DNA of 60,700 bases, counting the filler, from Catajapyx aquilonaris (lineage: Eukaryota): the NCBI GenBank assembly GCA_000934665.2. It is 4 parts of 4 records of this genome, joined end to end, with 100 filler letters (N's around TTAATTAATTAA, not from the genome) between each part and the next. Parts side by side here need not be neighbours in the genome. Positions count along the whole stretch, not along the records: positions 1 to 15,098 come from JYFJ02007604.1; positions 15,199 to 30,302 come from JYFJ02007605.1; 2 more parts are not named here. One strand, 5' to 3'. The notes beneath the pieces are model-generated. The model was not told the origin of the DNA. It did no database searches and worked only from the letters and a program-made list of their open reading frames with translations. Position numbers and translations under genes: made by a program. This document shows, piece by piece, positions 10,274 to 21,862 of this stretch (the first letter of the stretch is position 1; every line of letters begins with the position of its first letter).

Positions 10274-10630
10274 TTATGAGGCTATTTTTTCGTTTTTTTT
10301 GTCAACATATATCCACCTGCCATGCTCTTGAACCGTCTTGAACCCAACTATCTTAAACTATCTGACCATGAGGAGTCATCTAGCGGCGGCCCTGGTAACG
10401 AAAATAAGGTTGGTGCAATCCATGTAACGGTAGATACTAGAACAACACCATCTGACTGGATCACTTGTTAGCTAAAAAACAACCTCACCTGAATCCTACC
10501 TGTTCCCAAATATGTCACCTGGAGGTCATCCACTCTGTAAAACGTGTTGTTTACACAATGATACAATAATTGTCATTTATTTATTTATTCCTCTTTAAGT
10601 CTTGCACAAGACTGGACACCTGCAAATGAG

Positions 10631-10695
<65 letters not shown>

Positions 10696-10701
10696 AACTT
10701 G

Positions 10702-10926
10702 TTAGCAATCGTCAACAACATGTTGCAGCTGTTGTTGTTGCTGTTGTTGTTGCAACAGTTGTTGATGATGTGTAACGAATCGTCTAACTAATGTTGTCTC
10801 TCTACGTTCACACCTCTCGACTGCTCGATGGTAAATCCCATAAATCAAAAAAAGGAGGATTGAAGTTGATGTAACAGTCATAGCCAGAAAAATATCTATC
10901 CACTGGCACATACTTGATGGAGACAT
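10702..10926 (-). CDS. 74-aa single-pass transmembrane microprotein with polyQ tail (copy 2)
   Basis: CQWIDIFLAMTVTSTSILLFLIYG..CERR..QQL..QHVVDD is homologous to 2196-2438. Predicted 98-bp GT-AG intron at 10927-11024 and AATAAA downstream. Confidence 0.65.
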   Translation of the reverse strand: MSPSSMCQWIDIFLAMTVTSTSILLFLIYGIYHRAVERCERRETTLVRRFVTHHQQLLQQQQQQQQLQHVVDDC

Positions 10927-11403
10927 CTATAATTTAAAAATTGTTTAGATACAGAATATCGTTCACACATGCAAATACGCACCTCTATAATGTTCAATCC
11001 TAACATCACAAATGAATCTCTTACCAGCAATTATAGCTGATTGTGATTTTTCCATTTCCGGTTAACACTCTTCAGTTGCAAATCCCACGCTTCATTTTTC
11101 GCATAGACATTTTTCGTAAGACGGAAAAAAAAGCTTGCACTGCCACAGCAAACCTTGCACAAATAATAATTAATCAGGATTAACGTGTGGGACAAGATGT
11201 AAACTACATCGAGCGGAATAATTTCATTCCACGAATATTTACGTGCGTTACATTTTAATACAACAGTATTACGAAGTTGGCGGCTAACGGTGTAACCCAC
11301 ACCCAGCCAACCGAGCCGACTTTTTTCCCGTGGATAGTCCCCAGCCCGGCACGTTAAAAAGTAGGCTGTGATACATCACTTTTAAAAAAAAATCATAAAT
11401 GCA

Positions 11404-11901
11404 TGAGTTGATCATTTATAATGATTATTCTAATTATACCTGGGGCTGAATGAGGCGATCTATTTAAATATCACATTTACATAAGGACCCGTATCATAGT
11501 TAATTAACTATCAACGATGATTACGGAGGTCGCGGTACCGTTGCGGCTGCATGAATCTAGCTCGTAAACGGAATGTTTTAAAAAATTCACAGATCCTTGA
11601 GTTGATCATTTATAGTGTTTATTCTAATTAGACCTGGTGCGCAATGAGACGAACTATTTAAATATTAAATTTACATAAGGACCCGCATCACAGATAATTA
11701 ACTATCAACAATGATTACGGAGGTTGCGGTAACGTTGCGGCTGCATGAATCTATCTCGTAAACGGACTGTTTTAAAAAAATTCACAGATCCTTGAGTTGA
11801 TCATTTATAATGATTATTCTAATTATACCTGGTGCTGAATGAGACGAGCTATTTAGACATAAATTTACATAAGGATCCGTGTCATAGATAATTAACTATC
11901 G
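11404..11901. repeat. ~194-bp tandem repeat, ~2.5 copies
   Basis: Unit starts TGAGTTGATCATTTATA at 11404, 11598 and 11793. Confidence 0.9.
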
Positions 11902-12526
11902 ACCAATATGTATCAGCCTATGAAATAAATGAATACAATGTGAATTGTGATCTTTCACTCTAATGTAATACTTTTAAGTGTTTTCCAGTTAGTGATGTTT
12001 AGTTATATGAGCGACTATAACGCTCAGAGAAATAGTCAGTTGCATTTATCCACGTCTTTTTTTTATCAATTGGTGCCACTGATGTTACCTAATAAAAATT
12101 TCAAGGCCTGAATATTTTGGATCATCCATAAGGAACCATTGTCTTCTGAATGGTAAAGACCCACTTGAAGATATAATGTTGGCATATTAATGCTAATGTC
12201 TACCACAACCTTTTATTGCTGACAAAAAATATAGCTATTGAATTAATGCGGTATTTATTTTTTAAACCGAGTATAATCCACACATGAGGCAAGTTTCGAT
12301 GAACCTTATGGTTGTGTGACGACCCAGGGTTCGCCCCGGGTCCGCCCCTAGCTAGCTCATGCCAAGAAAACTAGGTGGGTTCCTTGAGCACTGGTATTTA
12401 TTGGACCTTCCTGGTCCCAAGCTGAGTACAGACTGGCTTTTAGGCTTTTACAACATAAACCCGCTGGGAGGGAAAGGACTGGAGCCCCCCAACCAATAGG
12501 GTGGTCAGGGTCAAACCGTTACAGTT

Positions 12527-12777
12527 CAGTGGCGTAGGCAGGGGGGGGGGGCCCGGGGGGGCCGGGCCCCCCCCGAAATGTTAAGAAAAAGCAATAAATG
12601 CATTACATTATGTAACAGTAAAGAAAATTTTCGCGGTTTATGAAATCCTCCCCCTCCCCTCTCCGACTCGAATACTGTTATGATACGTCAAAAAAGTCTT
12701 ACAATAGGTTACAATATTATGAAACGGACCGATCGGCCATGGGCCCCCCCCGAAAAAAATTTCTGCCTACGCCACTG
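12527..12777. mobile_element. hAT-type MITE
   Basis: TIR CAGTGGCGTAGGCAG / CTGCCTACGCCACTG and 8-bp TSD TTACAGTT (12519-12526, 12778-12785). Confidence 0.9.
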
Positions 12778-13614
12778 TTACAGTTGGAATGAAAAATACA
12801 CAACATCCTTAACATACCTACAGATTTACCCAAATGAATACGTTGTAATGTATTGCATAATAAGTACACTGTTGTTTACTCGCTTTAGCATACGCAATGT
12901 TAACGGCAATGTGTCCCACTAATGGTTTGCCATTTAACCTCCTTATGTACGTACAGTGTGTTTTCTATTCGTCTAAAAATATTTATCAATATTACGCAAC
13001 AGTCATTTCAGGTATAATCTATTGATTACCACTACAAAACAGAAGCTAGCATTGAAAGTGACACCTGTCATCCAAACAATTTTAAAGTGAATTACCAACC
13101 GAACAGCCTCCGATGGACACTAATTACTCAAACCTCCATCTTCTTTTCGTCCGTTTTCATGGGAAAATCAAAATTAGCCGCCATTATGCCTCAGCGACCT
13201 ACATAACAAATAAGCAGATATTCACCAGAGAGGCAAATATAAGGTGGTCACTGGTACCTTTAGCCAATTGATCATCCATTCAAGCTTCGGGAGATTACAT
13301 ACACACAAAAAAGTGTAAGTAAAAAAATTGTTGAACTGGTGAAAGTGATCGTAGTATATGTCATGGTTGTTTACCATGTCACGCACCTTCAGGTGATTGA
13401 CTGTAGATGCCCTCACATATGACCAACTTTAAATGTGTCACAGAGGTCAATGAAGGTTTATCAACCAGCGTCAAAGCCGGATTATTATGCAATCCATTGC
13501 GCTTGGGGGAAAAAATGACGAAAGGTCAACAAGCCTAAAAGGTGCAGTTCACACAGTGACCCGAATATTCAGCATATAAGCGTGAAGATTTGGGGACAAT
13601 ATTTTAGTTTTGGA

Positions 13615-13646
13615 TATAAAAGCATGCACAGATTAGGGGGGTCAGA
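13615..13646 (+). promoter_or_regulatory. TATA box and initiator-like motif of the C2H2 mini-gene
   Basis: TATAAA at 13615-13620 and TCAGA ~27 bp downstream, followed by a GTAAGT donor (13699) and TGCAG acceptor (13805). Confidence 0.5.
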
Positions 13647-13820
13647 ATAACACGACCGACATCGGGGCAGTACTTGTGTGCCAGCACATTCCACAATCGT
13701 AAGTTGTGATTAGTATGTATATAGCTGAAATATTTTAGTGAGAACGCGACAATCTTATTTTTTTTGCACAAGCGCAGCAGAGTTTTCTGAGGGATAGTTA
13801 TGCAGGGAGCGAGGCGCCGG

Positions 13821-14192
13821 ATGAGCAACACTATGCAACCATCAGGAGCCGAACGATCGGTGTTTGACCCAGTATACCTTTGCGATGGGTGCACCCAATT
13901 CTTCTCAACACTAAACGAACAGCGGGTGCACCGATTTACGCACCCATCAACATCCACATCTACTCGTGAAGGTAAGCAATGTCAGAAATAGTGTATGACA
14001 GCGTAAGCAAAGGGCATATATCTGATTACAGAAAACCTGCAAAACCGAGAGCGAGAACTCCACGTGGTAAAGATGCAGCTGGTGGAAGAGAAGCTGAGGA
14101 TGGCCAAGGAACGTCACCAAACCAAGATGAGGATGATTGAGGAGCTGCACGCTGCAAGGATGAGTAGGGAGTTAAATGATGTTCAGGTATAA
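13821..14192 (+). CDS. 103-aa protein with one C2H2 zinc finger and a C-terminal coiled coil (exons 13821-13971, 14032-14192)
   Basis: YLCDGCTQFFSTLNEQRVHRFTH fits C-x2-C-x12-H-x3-H. A 60-bp phase-1 intron GTAAGC..TTACAG joins in frame to ENLQNRERELHVVKMQLVEEKLRMAKERH..DVQV*. Confidence 0.65.
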
Positions 14193-14562
14193 TGTCCTAC
14201 TCATCCGTGTACCGGAGTTGTGGGGGCATGGAGACATGGACAAGGGTTAGACCGGGGATATATCGACATGGTAGCGACCTGGACATGGAAGGTGCTACCG
14301 CAACGGTGGTGACATGATCGAGACATGTCAGCGGGACAAGGGACCCAATCATGCATGATGCTAACCAGGTGATATGGCTCTACTGGACAACTTGTGGTAT
14401 GGAGACATGAAGGATGCTATGTGAGAAACCTGCCCCTTTCATTATTATTGAATACCATTGAACACTCCACATTTAAAATGTGGGTAAATGTGGGTTAGAT
14501 TTTGTATCGGTTATTACAGATTTGTTTTGACTAATGTCGTAAATATTTTGAAGGAGGGAAGA

Positions 14563-14640
14563 TGTGCTGGTTGAGATGGTAACGTCTCGGCTTGCTGAGT
14601 GAAAGCTAGGCCCCGGGTTCGATCCCAACCTGGGAGCTAC
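14563..14640 (+). mobile_element. tRNA-derived SINE head (degenerate)
   Basis: A-box-like TGGTTGAGATGG and B box GGTTCGATCCC; resembles the SINE at 24653-24811. Confidence 0.5.
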
Positions 14641-15098
14641 CTTTCACGAAATGCTGATGAAACCCAAATTAATTTGCGATAAAGTATATCACTGGCACAT
14701 GTTACTTCCACATTTCACAATGATTTGGTATCACTCGTGCTACCGTGATTTTTATCTTTACATGTGTTTCTGTAACCGTGGAAACATCCTTACAGTATGG
14801 AGATAATGTAATGGCACACCGAGTTCATGTGAAATATTCAATATATTTTTTTCTCGCCTCTCTTAAGGTGACCAATGTATACACAGAGATAAAATAAATG
14901 GAACGACATTATACAAAGGGCATTATTTGAAATATGTCACAATTTTAGTCATTTTGAAGCAAGTTACCAAGTGAAAGGTGATGACATTTCAATTTTTGTA
15001 TTGTAGTGTCCAGGCAACTGGCTGTTGATGGTTGCCTGGTCACTGCATTATTGATGTTGTCAGGGGTTATTGAATGTTTGAGTTAGTTCTATTCCTGA

Positions 15099-15198
15099 NN
15101 NNNNNNNNNNNNNNNNNNNNNNNNNNNNNNNNNNNNNNNNNNTTAATTAATTAANNNNNNNNNNNNNNNNNNNNNNNNNNNNNNNNNNNNNNNNNNNN
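15099..15198. other. Artificial contig spacer
   Basis: N44-TTAATTAATTAA-N44 (stops in all six frames). Confidence 0.98.
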
Positions 15199-15432
15199 AT
15201 ATATATATATATATATATATATAACACAATATAACATACAATACAATATAATATATAATATATAATATATAATATGTAATATAATATATAATATGTAATA
15301 TAATATATAATATGTAATATAATATATAATATGTAATATAATATAATATATAATACAATCTAACATACAATACAATATAATATGTAATATAATATAATAT
15401 ATAATATAATATGTAATACAATATAATATATT
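15199..15432. repeat. (TA)n and ATATA(A)/ATGTA low-complexity repeat
   Basis: Directly visible. Confidence 0.95.
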
Positions 15433-15745
15433 TAATAAGGATAAAGGATAAATATAATCCTTGAATTCATTAATTTGTTCATCGATTTACTGAGTAGCTT
15501 GAATGTTTAATGGTCCACAGATTGGCTTATTAGCATTAGGATGGCTGATGGACAAAGACGCTTTGATCATCACCATGATACAAATCTAATTATTGTGTAA
15601 AATGCGGAAGTAAGATCTCTGGGTTACATTTATCCATAAGGTTGAAGATCTTACGCAGCCCAGTCTTGTTTCAGTCATTTCTATCCGTTACTTGGATCTT
15701 ACTTTCCTTTTTTTACAATTCCGTAGGGAATTAGTTTTTGTGATA

Positions 15746-17635
15746 ATTACATTTCTACGTGTTGGCTGTACTTTGGTCAGTGTTTTGTACTCACATTGGC
15801 TGCATACGTTGTTCCATTTCCAAGTTCACACACTGTTGCCTTGGTTACGAGAATGTTGGTGTAATATTATATGTAATGATCACGTTTTGTTCATAATTTA
15901 AAGAGTTCCATATCTTGCTATCCTGGTATCTTATTCCATTTTTATCCTAGATACGGTGGCACGGTCCAGGTACGCCCTCGGGGCAGGCCCAGGGTTCGAG
16001 CTGGTGGTACAAATGCGCTGTATGTAAGAATAGCGGTTTTGGGTTGTTTGTTCAGGCAGTCAGTCTGTCGGAATTTTCTTGGCGTACTTTTCCTGCCATA
16101 CCTTTTCCTCTACGTACTGTGTCATGTGCTTTTTGTCGGAATTCTCCTGTTCCGAACTGTGTTACGTTCTGTGTCATGTAGTTTTCAATCGTTTTGCTTT
16201 TACTTGTTTTTCCCCCCTTTGTAAAATTTGGACCTCCACATTCTCAATGTATATTCAAAAGTCGTTATGGGATGTGGTTTAACGTGTCTAAGGTGTGGCA
16301 TAATGTGGTCTACGTGTGGGTACTCTGTCATGTAGTTTTCAATATTTTAGCATTTGTTTGTTTTTTCACTTTGTAACGTTTGGACCTCCACATTCTCAAC
16401 ACCCCACCGACTTTAAGATGGGCCTAAAAAACATAGTAGCATTGGCAAAGCGCATTGGATACACGCAGAGTTCGGCTAAGGATGAGGGACCAGGAGACTG
16501 AGGAAACGCGGCCATCAGTCGGAGATTTGCTCCATTTTCATCAACCCACCGCCTACATGCCGCTTTCCATTACTCAGCAGACATGGACTATATAATTCTT
16601 CTGTCGATGTTGTTGCAATTGGATCTATGTCAGAGGTATATGCCACCATTGTCAGGCAAAGAAGTGGAAGAGTGAAACAAAAACGATATGTTGCTCCATT
16701 GGAAAGGTTAGCCTTCCTCTACTCATCTACTGGCTGAGCCTCCACAGCTACTTAAAATGCTCCTCTTATAGGCACATCACCTGATTCAAAACATTTCCTG
16801 AAGACCATCAGAAATTACAATTCGGCCTTCCAGATGACATCTTTTGGGGCCAACGTTGTTAGAGAAGGGGGCTTCATGCCTACATTCAAAGTGCAAGGGC
16901 AAATTTACCATCGCATGGGATCACTCCTTCCTTCAGAAAATCAGAGTCCGCGGTTTCTGTAACTTGACTTCGTGGGGAACATGCAACAGCAGGCGGAATA
17001 CCGTTGCACCTACTTTAACGGCACACGCCTCGACATCATACTGCAACTTCAGGAGATGATCCATTCCACCCACACTTACGTTAACAGCTTCAAGCTTGCA
17101 CTTGAGAGTCCTCCTCCTCTGGAATTTGACTTGGTCATCGATGCAGACAAGCGACCACAAGGTGAGCATCGTGGTCGACTCAATCAACCTTCTTTCAATG
17201 AGATTGCTCTCATCATGAGTGGTCAGGAGCATGGTAATGAAACTTCGAGACAACACGCTTCATCTATGCAATTATGAACGTAATTGGCTATACCATGTAT
17301 ACCATTGGCATGTGCATCAAGTCCAAAAAACACACAATGGATGTCAGATTGTAAGCTCTGCCATGCTGGAGCTTCTACATTCTACTTTTACTTCTACATT
17401 TACTGCACAACCCTCAATTTTTCAATACATACCTTTGCTGGATTTTGGAGGTGTATTGTGTATTTTCTTACAATCTGACATCCTTAGTGTGTTGTTTGGA
17501 CTTCATGCACATGCACATGTTACAGGTATGCCAACATTGTATAGCCTTAATTATTGCAAAGGTAACTACCAAATCAATGAGTCACTCCTATGGAAAAGTA
17601 TTTCATAACCCGAGCAACGCCGGGTATCCTGCTAG
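15746..17635 (+). mobile_element. Non-autonomous Helitron (5'-truncated) with decayed RepHel N-terminal coding segment
   Basis: 3' hairpin CCCGAGCAACGCCGGG then CTAG|T at 17632-17636. Across frameshifts 16600-17235 reads CHHCQAKKW..CCSIGKV, IRNYNSAFQMTSFG, FKVQGQIYH and DKRPQGEHRGRLNQP, typical of Helitron RepHel. Confidence 0.9.
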
Positions 17636-17643
17636 TAGGCTAT

Positions 17644-17888
17644 ATACCTAGAGGAGGCACTCGGGCTGAAATGTGAGGCAGGCAACAATGCAGGCAATAA
17701 TATTACCTCCAACAAGATGGCGGATGCCTGACATTATTGAACTAATTGTCGCCCAGTTGTCATTATTGGTTGTTGTCCCAGTTGCTAGACAACTGTTAGA
17801 ACAACAATGTTACCACCAACAAGATGGCCGCTGCCTCAGCCTGTCTAATGGAAAAGGATAGGGAGTAGGGCCTACCTCCTCTAGGTAT
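17644..17888. mobile_element. Small MITE
   Basis: 14-bp TIR ATACCTAGAGGAGG / CCTCCTCTAGGTAT in TA-rich flanks. Confidence 0.6.
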
Positions 17889-17999
17889 TATATTATATAA
17901 TAGCAGAACTCTTTGGTTCGATCTAACCTTTATTCTAGACTGACTCAACACTCTTCTTGTTGCTACACAACAACACAATATGGCCAACAGGCCCACTAC

Positions 18000-18955
18000 A
18001 TTCTCCCACCCTTACCCAAAAACCTCTCCCTTTAACAAAAAGGTGACTATAAGGAAGCAATTCATCAGGTTAAACCACTTCTACTTCTTGGTGGGCACCT
18101 CCTCGTTTCCATTGGGGCCGCACACTCTTCCCCCCTACAGGCCTGGCAGCATCTCGTCCCAGTCAGGGCTTCCAACTTCCAGAGTGGACTTCTTTTTCCT
18201 TTTTCTCCAGTTCATCCAGCTGGATAATCTTTTCCCAAAGTCATTTTCAAGTCCCGCGCCTGCTTCATCATCACACTCGTCAAGACCATCGCCTGCTTCA
18301 CTGCCAGACTCGTAGAGACCATCTTCTGCTTTCCCGTCAGACACCACTGGGTCATCGTCTGCTTCTCCGACAGACACCACCGGAATACCGCCTGCTTGGC
18401 CGCCAGACTCCAGCAGGACATCTGCTTGGTCATCAGACTCCACTTGTCCAACGTCTACTTTGCCACCCACATTGGCGGCACACTCCCCTCGCACCTGGAC
18501 CTCTTCTCGCCCACCAACTGGATGGTCTGTCACAGCACCCTCTTCCCATGCGGCAACGTGCGGTCGATGAGGAGGACCATGAATGGGAGGATGATTTCCA
18601 GTCCGAATTCCTAAACGGCTACCATCCTCCCGCCACAATTGTCGCAACTTCTTCTGCCGATCCCAGGCAGGATGACCTCCATTGCACCTCCGCAGAAGAT
18701 CTTCCTGTGGCCATATGCCAGGTCCACCACCAACTTGGTTCCCCTGCTCGCCATCGAGCCCCGGAACCCTTCGGTACGCCGCACCTGCCTGCCACCTCTC
18801 ACTGCAGCCAGCACCATCCGGCCTCAGCTGTTGCTGATCGTCCCGCAGACCCCAGCCAGTTCCTCCCTGCACTGGATCCACGTACGGCATGCCAATTCCG
18901 ACGATCTCCGACAAAATCCTTCTCTAACTCGCATCTTCTCAGTCTCTCGAACTGA
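18000..18955 (-). mobile_element. Possible retroelement remnant (259-aa ORF 18135-18914 with acidic tail)
   Basis: GC-rich coding-like DNA. The ORF stop runs into purine tract AGGGGGGAAGAG followed by TGTG (PPT/LTR-like). No diagnostic domain recognised. Confidence 0.3.
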
Positions 18956-18960
18956 ATCCA

Positions 18961-19053
18961 CCTGGGAGAACCGTGGGAAACCACAGAAAACCACGGTTAG
19001 AGTTGCCAGCCCCGGGATTTGATCCCAGGACCTCCCGATTAGCAGTCGGACAC
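18961..19053 (-). mobile_element. Partial tRNA-derived SINE (same family as 54620-54901)
   Basis: Reverse complement matches GTCCGACTGCTAATCGGGAGGTCCTGGG..GGCAACTCT.ACCGTGGTTTTCTGTGGTTTCCCACGG. Confidence 0.85.
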
Positions 19054-21862
19054 CATATCACAGTTTGTATGTTTATGGCGGCCATGAAGGCCTCTGGTAA
19101 GAAATAAGCTGTTGTGCACCCCCATGCACTGATCACAACGATATAGCCAATTACATTAGGCTACTTATTTATGCGCTTCTTACAGCGGGCGAGATTGATT
19201 TTCTTTTTAGAGTCCTAGTTATTTTTACTCGCCAACTTGGTTGATATTTACAGAAGTCATTTGCCAGTAATTCATCCGTTATTTTGATCCTTAGATTGGT
19301 TTCCACCTTTAGGAGCACAACAAGAAGAATGAGACTTGATGTTGTTGGGTATTCGTAACAATGCCCAAATTCTTACAAATTATTAGAATAGTGCAGTTCT
19401 AAATCAGGCCTGATGTAAAATTATACATACAAACTTGCAATACATTTTATAGGGCCACCATATGGGTAAGTGGATATTGCATTTCGTTTGGGTACTGCAG
19501 GCCAGGTAATTTTGGGTGGCAGCGGCGCGAGCCGCATATTGCTGACCCCTGCTCTAAAGTGCTTGTGCTCCACCTTTATCGTGGCAGCCTCTTAGTAAGG
19601 AATGACTTCCTAAGTTTGTTTTGCTTCTCTGTTCCTGTCCTTTTTATCCCACTGTGAGCCAGTACGTAGCCCTTTGCGTTTTGGCCGACCCACATTAAAC
19701 ATGTACCGTATGTACAATCATTACTGACCATGCTACATACCTAGCTAATAACTCATTTAAAATATTGTTCCCTTGTTGAACAGATGGGTGTATAAGGATT
19801 GTTGTGAGTAAAATTAATATGACTGTATGGATTACTTGATTCTGTTAGAATTAAAATAAATATGCAGTTAATAATGAACTGCATTTTATTTATTTATTTG
19901 TCCTAATTAGGTGCAGTATGAAATGCAGAGACTATGCAATGGTGGGGATACCCAACGGGTCTGCCGCCATGGGACGAGGCCCTTCCATGCTGGTGACGAC
20001 CCTTGCTATGATTGCATTTTTTTGGCCAGGGGTGGGTCAGAACACGGTGAAACCGCGAATTTTCAAATATATTATTGGCGCACATTGTTCAGCATTTCCC
20101 CGCTTGAGTCCGCCACTCAAGGGCCCGGGTCCATGGTCCGGGCCATGGTCCGGGCACGGGTCCGGGGTCCGGGTCCGAGACCGCTGCTTTGTATTTCGGT
20201 ATCTCGCGGGGGGAATGCAAGGAAAGGTCATAAATCATGTCACGTCAGAAAGGAGCCGCTACTCAGGTTGTTCTATTAAAATCTTTAAAAAAATGTAATG
20301 TAATATAAGTGGAACCAAGGATGAAACTGGATGTAACCAAGGATGTAACTCACTCTCTCTCTCTCTCTCTCTCACTCCCTCCCCTTCCCTCTGTCCCGCC
20401 CCCTCCCTCTCCCGTGGGTACACCAAGCCATCGCCAGGTGGCAAGGGGGAAGGCCATGCTGGCCGAAAGGAACAGAGCGACTATGCTACTAGCAGTGCCT
20501 TATATTGGCTGTCACTGCGAGGACTGCAATAATGATGCCGATTCACAGATCCCGCTTTTGTTCTTAATTTTTTGGTTTGGTTGTTGTCGAGGTTGATGTT
20601 TAAGTGCTGCATGGAACTTATGATGCTTGCTTGAGTAGAAAGTGGCCGTGTGAATGAGGCGTGATAGGGAACTGCTACTTGTATCTGCTTTTTTCATAAT
20701 AGCTGGCGTGGTCAGTAGCTGAGAGCATGGTTGAGAGGGAGAAGCTCCGTCGGGGAAAACGGTAGTCACTATTCCTTGCGAGGTTCCTTGGGTGTACCTA
20801 AGTACCCATCGACCTGATCATCCTTCGCGCTCTCTCTCTCTCTCTCAGCTCTCATCGCGTTGCGTTGGTGCAGCAGTCGGGTATGTATCCGCCTCGTCTT
20901 TCTCGCTACTTCTTCCACGGGTTGTGCCTCGCGTAAATTTTAACATTCCCCTTGTTCTCCTCGACCCCACCGAACCCACCCCTGCTTTTCCTCCTCCCGT
21001 AACGGTAACCAGCTCACCCACTTGCACTTTCCACGACTCTGTAGTCTATATTCTAGGCAAGGTACTTCCTGTGATTGCAGTTCATTATCAAGCGGAAAAG
21101 AATGAGGGCCACTCTAGAGATGTAGACTTTTGTGTCAAAAAGTTCATAACTTATGAGTCTATGAGATAGGAAAGTTGTCAAGGAAACTAAAGTTTTTAAG
21201 GTCACCATTAGTATTTGGAGCAGCCCCTTCCCCTTTATGAGAAGACATTTTGTGAGGCCTCCTTCCACAGAATTCCTTTTTAACTTACCATTGATTCCTA
21301 AACTGGAAAGAAAAATCAGTCAATCAGGATAGAGTAAATGTCCATCAATTACATGTGGGCATTCGTACCAGAAAAAATATTGAGATTAACTTGCACACAT
21401 GCAGGAACAATGCAAAAATTATAACAGTGGTAGGCCTACTGCAAGTGTTACAATTTATCCCAAACATGTACTACTGTACAGGGTAATTCATATTACACTA
21501 TGCAACAAAATTTGACTTTCATCGTCATATTCGTGTTCCTTAGGTCACAAGTAACTCATAATGGGCATTCATTTTGTCTTTGATTTGTTTTTGACCTCTG
21601 GGCAGGCAAAAAACCGAAATTCTCAAATATAGCAGTTTTTTTCCCAATCAAGCGGACCTAACTGTTGCTAAACCATCTCGGAATTTTCTGAAAATAATCA
21701 CAGCTGTACACACCAATGCCTGCCGTAACACTGCATATCAAGTTTGAGCCAAATTTCGAAATACCGTGGTAAAAGAAAAAATCGCGAAATTTTGAAAATT
21801 TGACCTTTTTTGGATATTTTTTTCGGATTGGATGTGATCAAAACCCAAACTATATATATATA

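Larger units (their letters stand above)
8180..11330. mobile_element. Diverged, rearranged relative of the Maverick-like element (left arm; right end not found)
   Basis: Same ACTTCCGGTC array, CACCTGTTTCCGGTGTAGGGG and TCAACGT repeats at 8200-8476. 10275-11130 is collinear with ~1764-2650, including (AAT)n and the TM gene. Candidate terminus AGTTGG at 8180. Confidence 0.65.

Noticed and set aside
11404..11901. CRISPR-like appearance of regular repeats (also 265-423)
   Set aside because: Contiguous tandem units without unique spacers, no cas genes, eukaryotic context.
13120..13416. Possible minus-strand mini-gene (MAANFDFPMKTDEKKME, ORF 13222-13416)
   Set aside because: I could not build a consistent spliced reading frame.
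15099..15198. TTAATTAATTAA palindrome between N runs (also 30303-30402 and 45499-45598)
   Set aside because: Identical artificial linker. Features on either side cannot be assumed to be linked.
19900..21850. GC-rich ORFs, GGTCCGGG repeats and a transposon-like subterminal block
   Set aside because: No matching TIR pair, TSD or recognisable protein domain.
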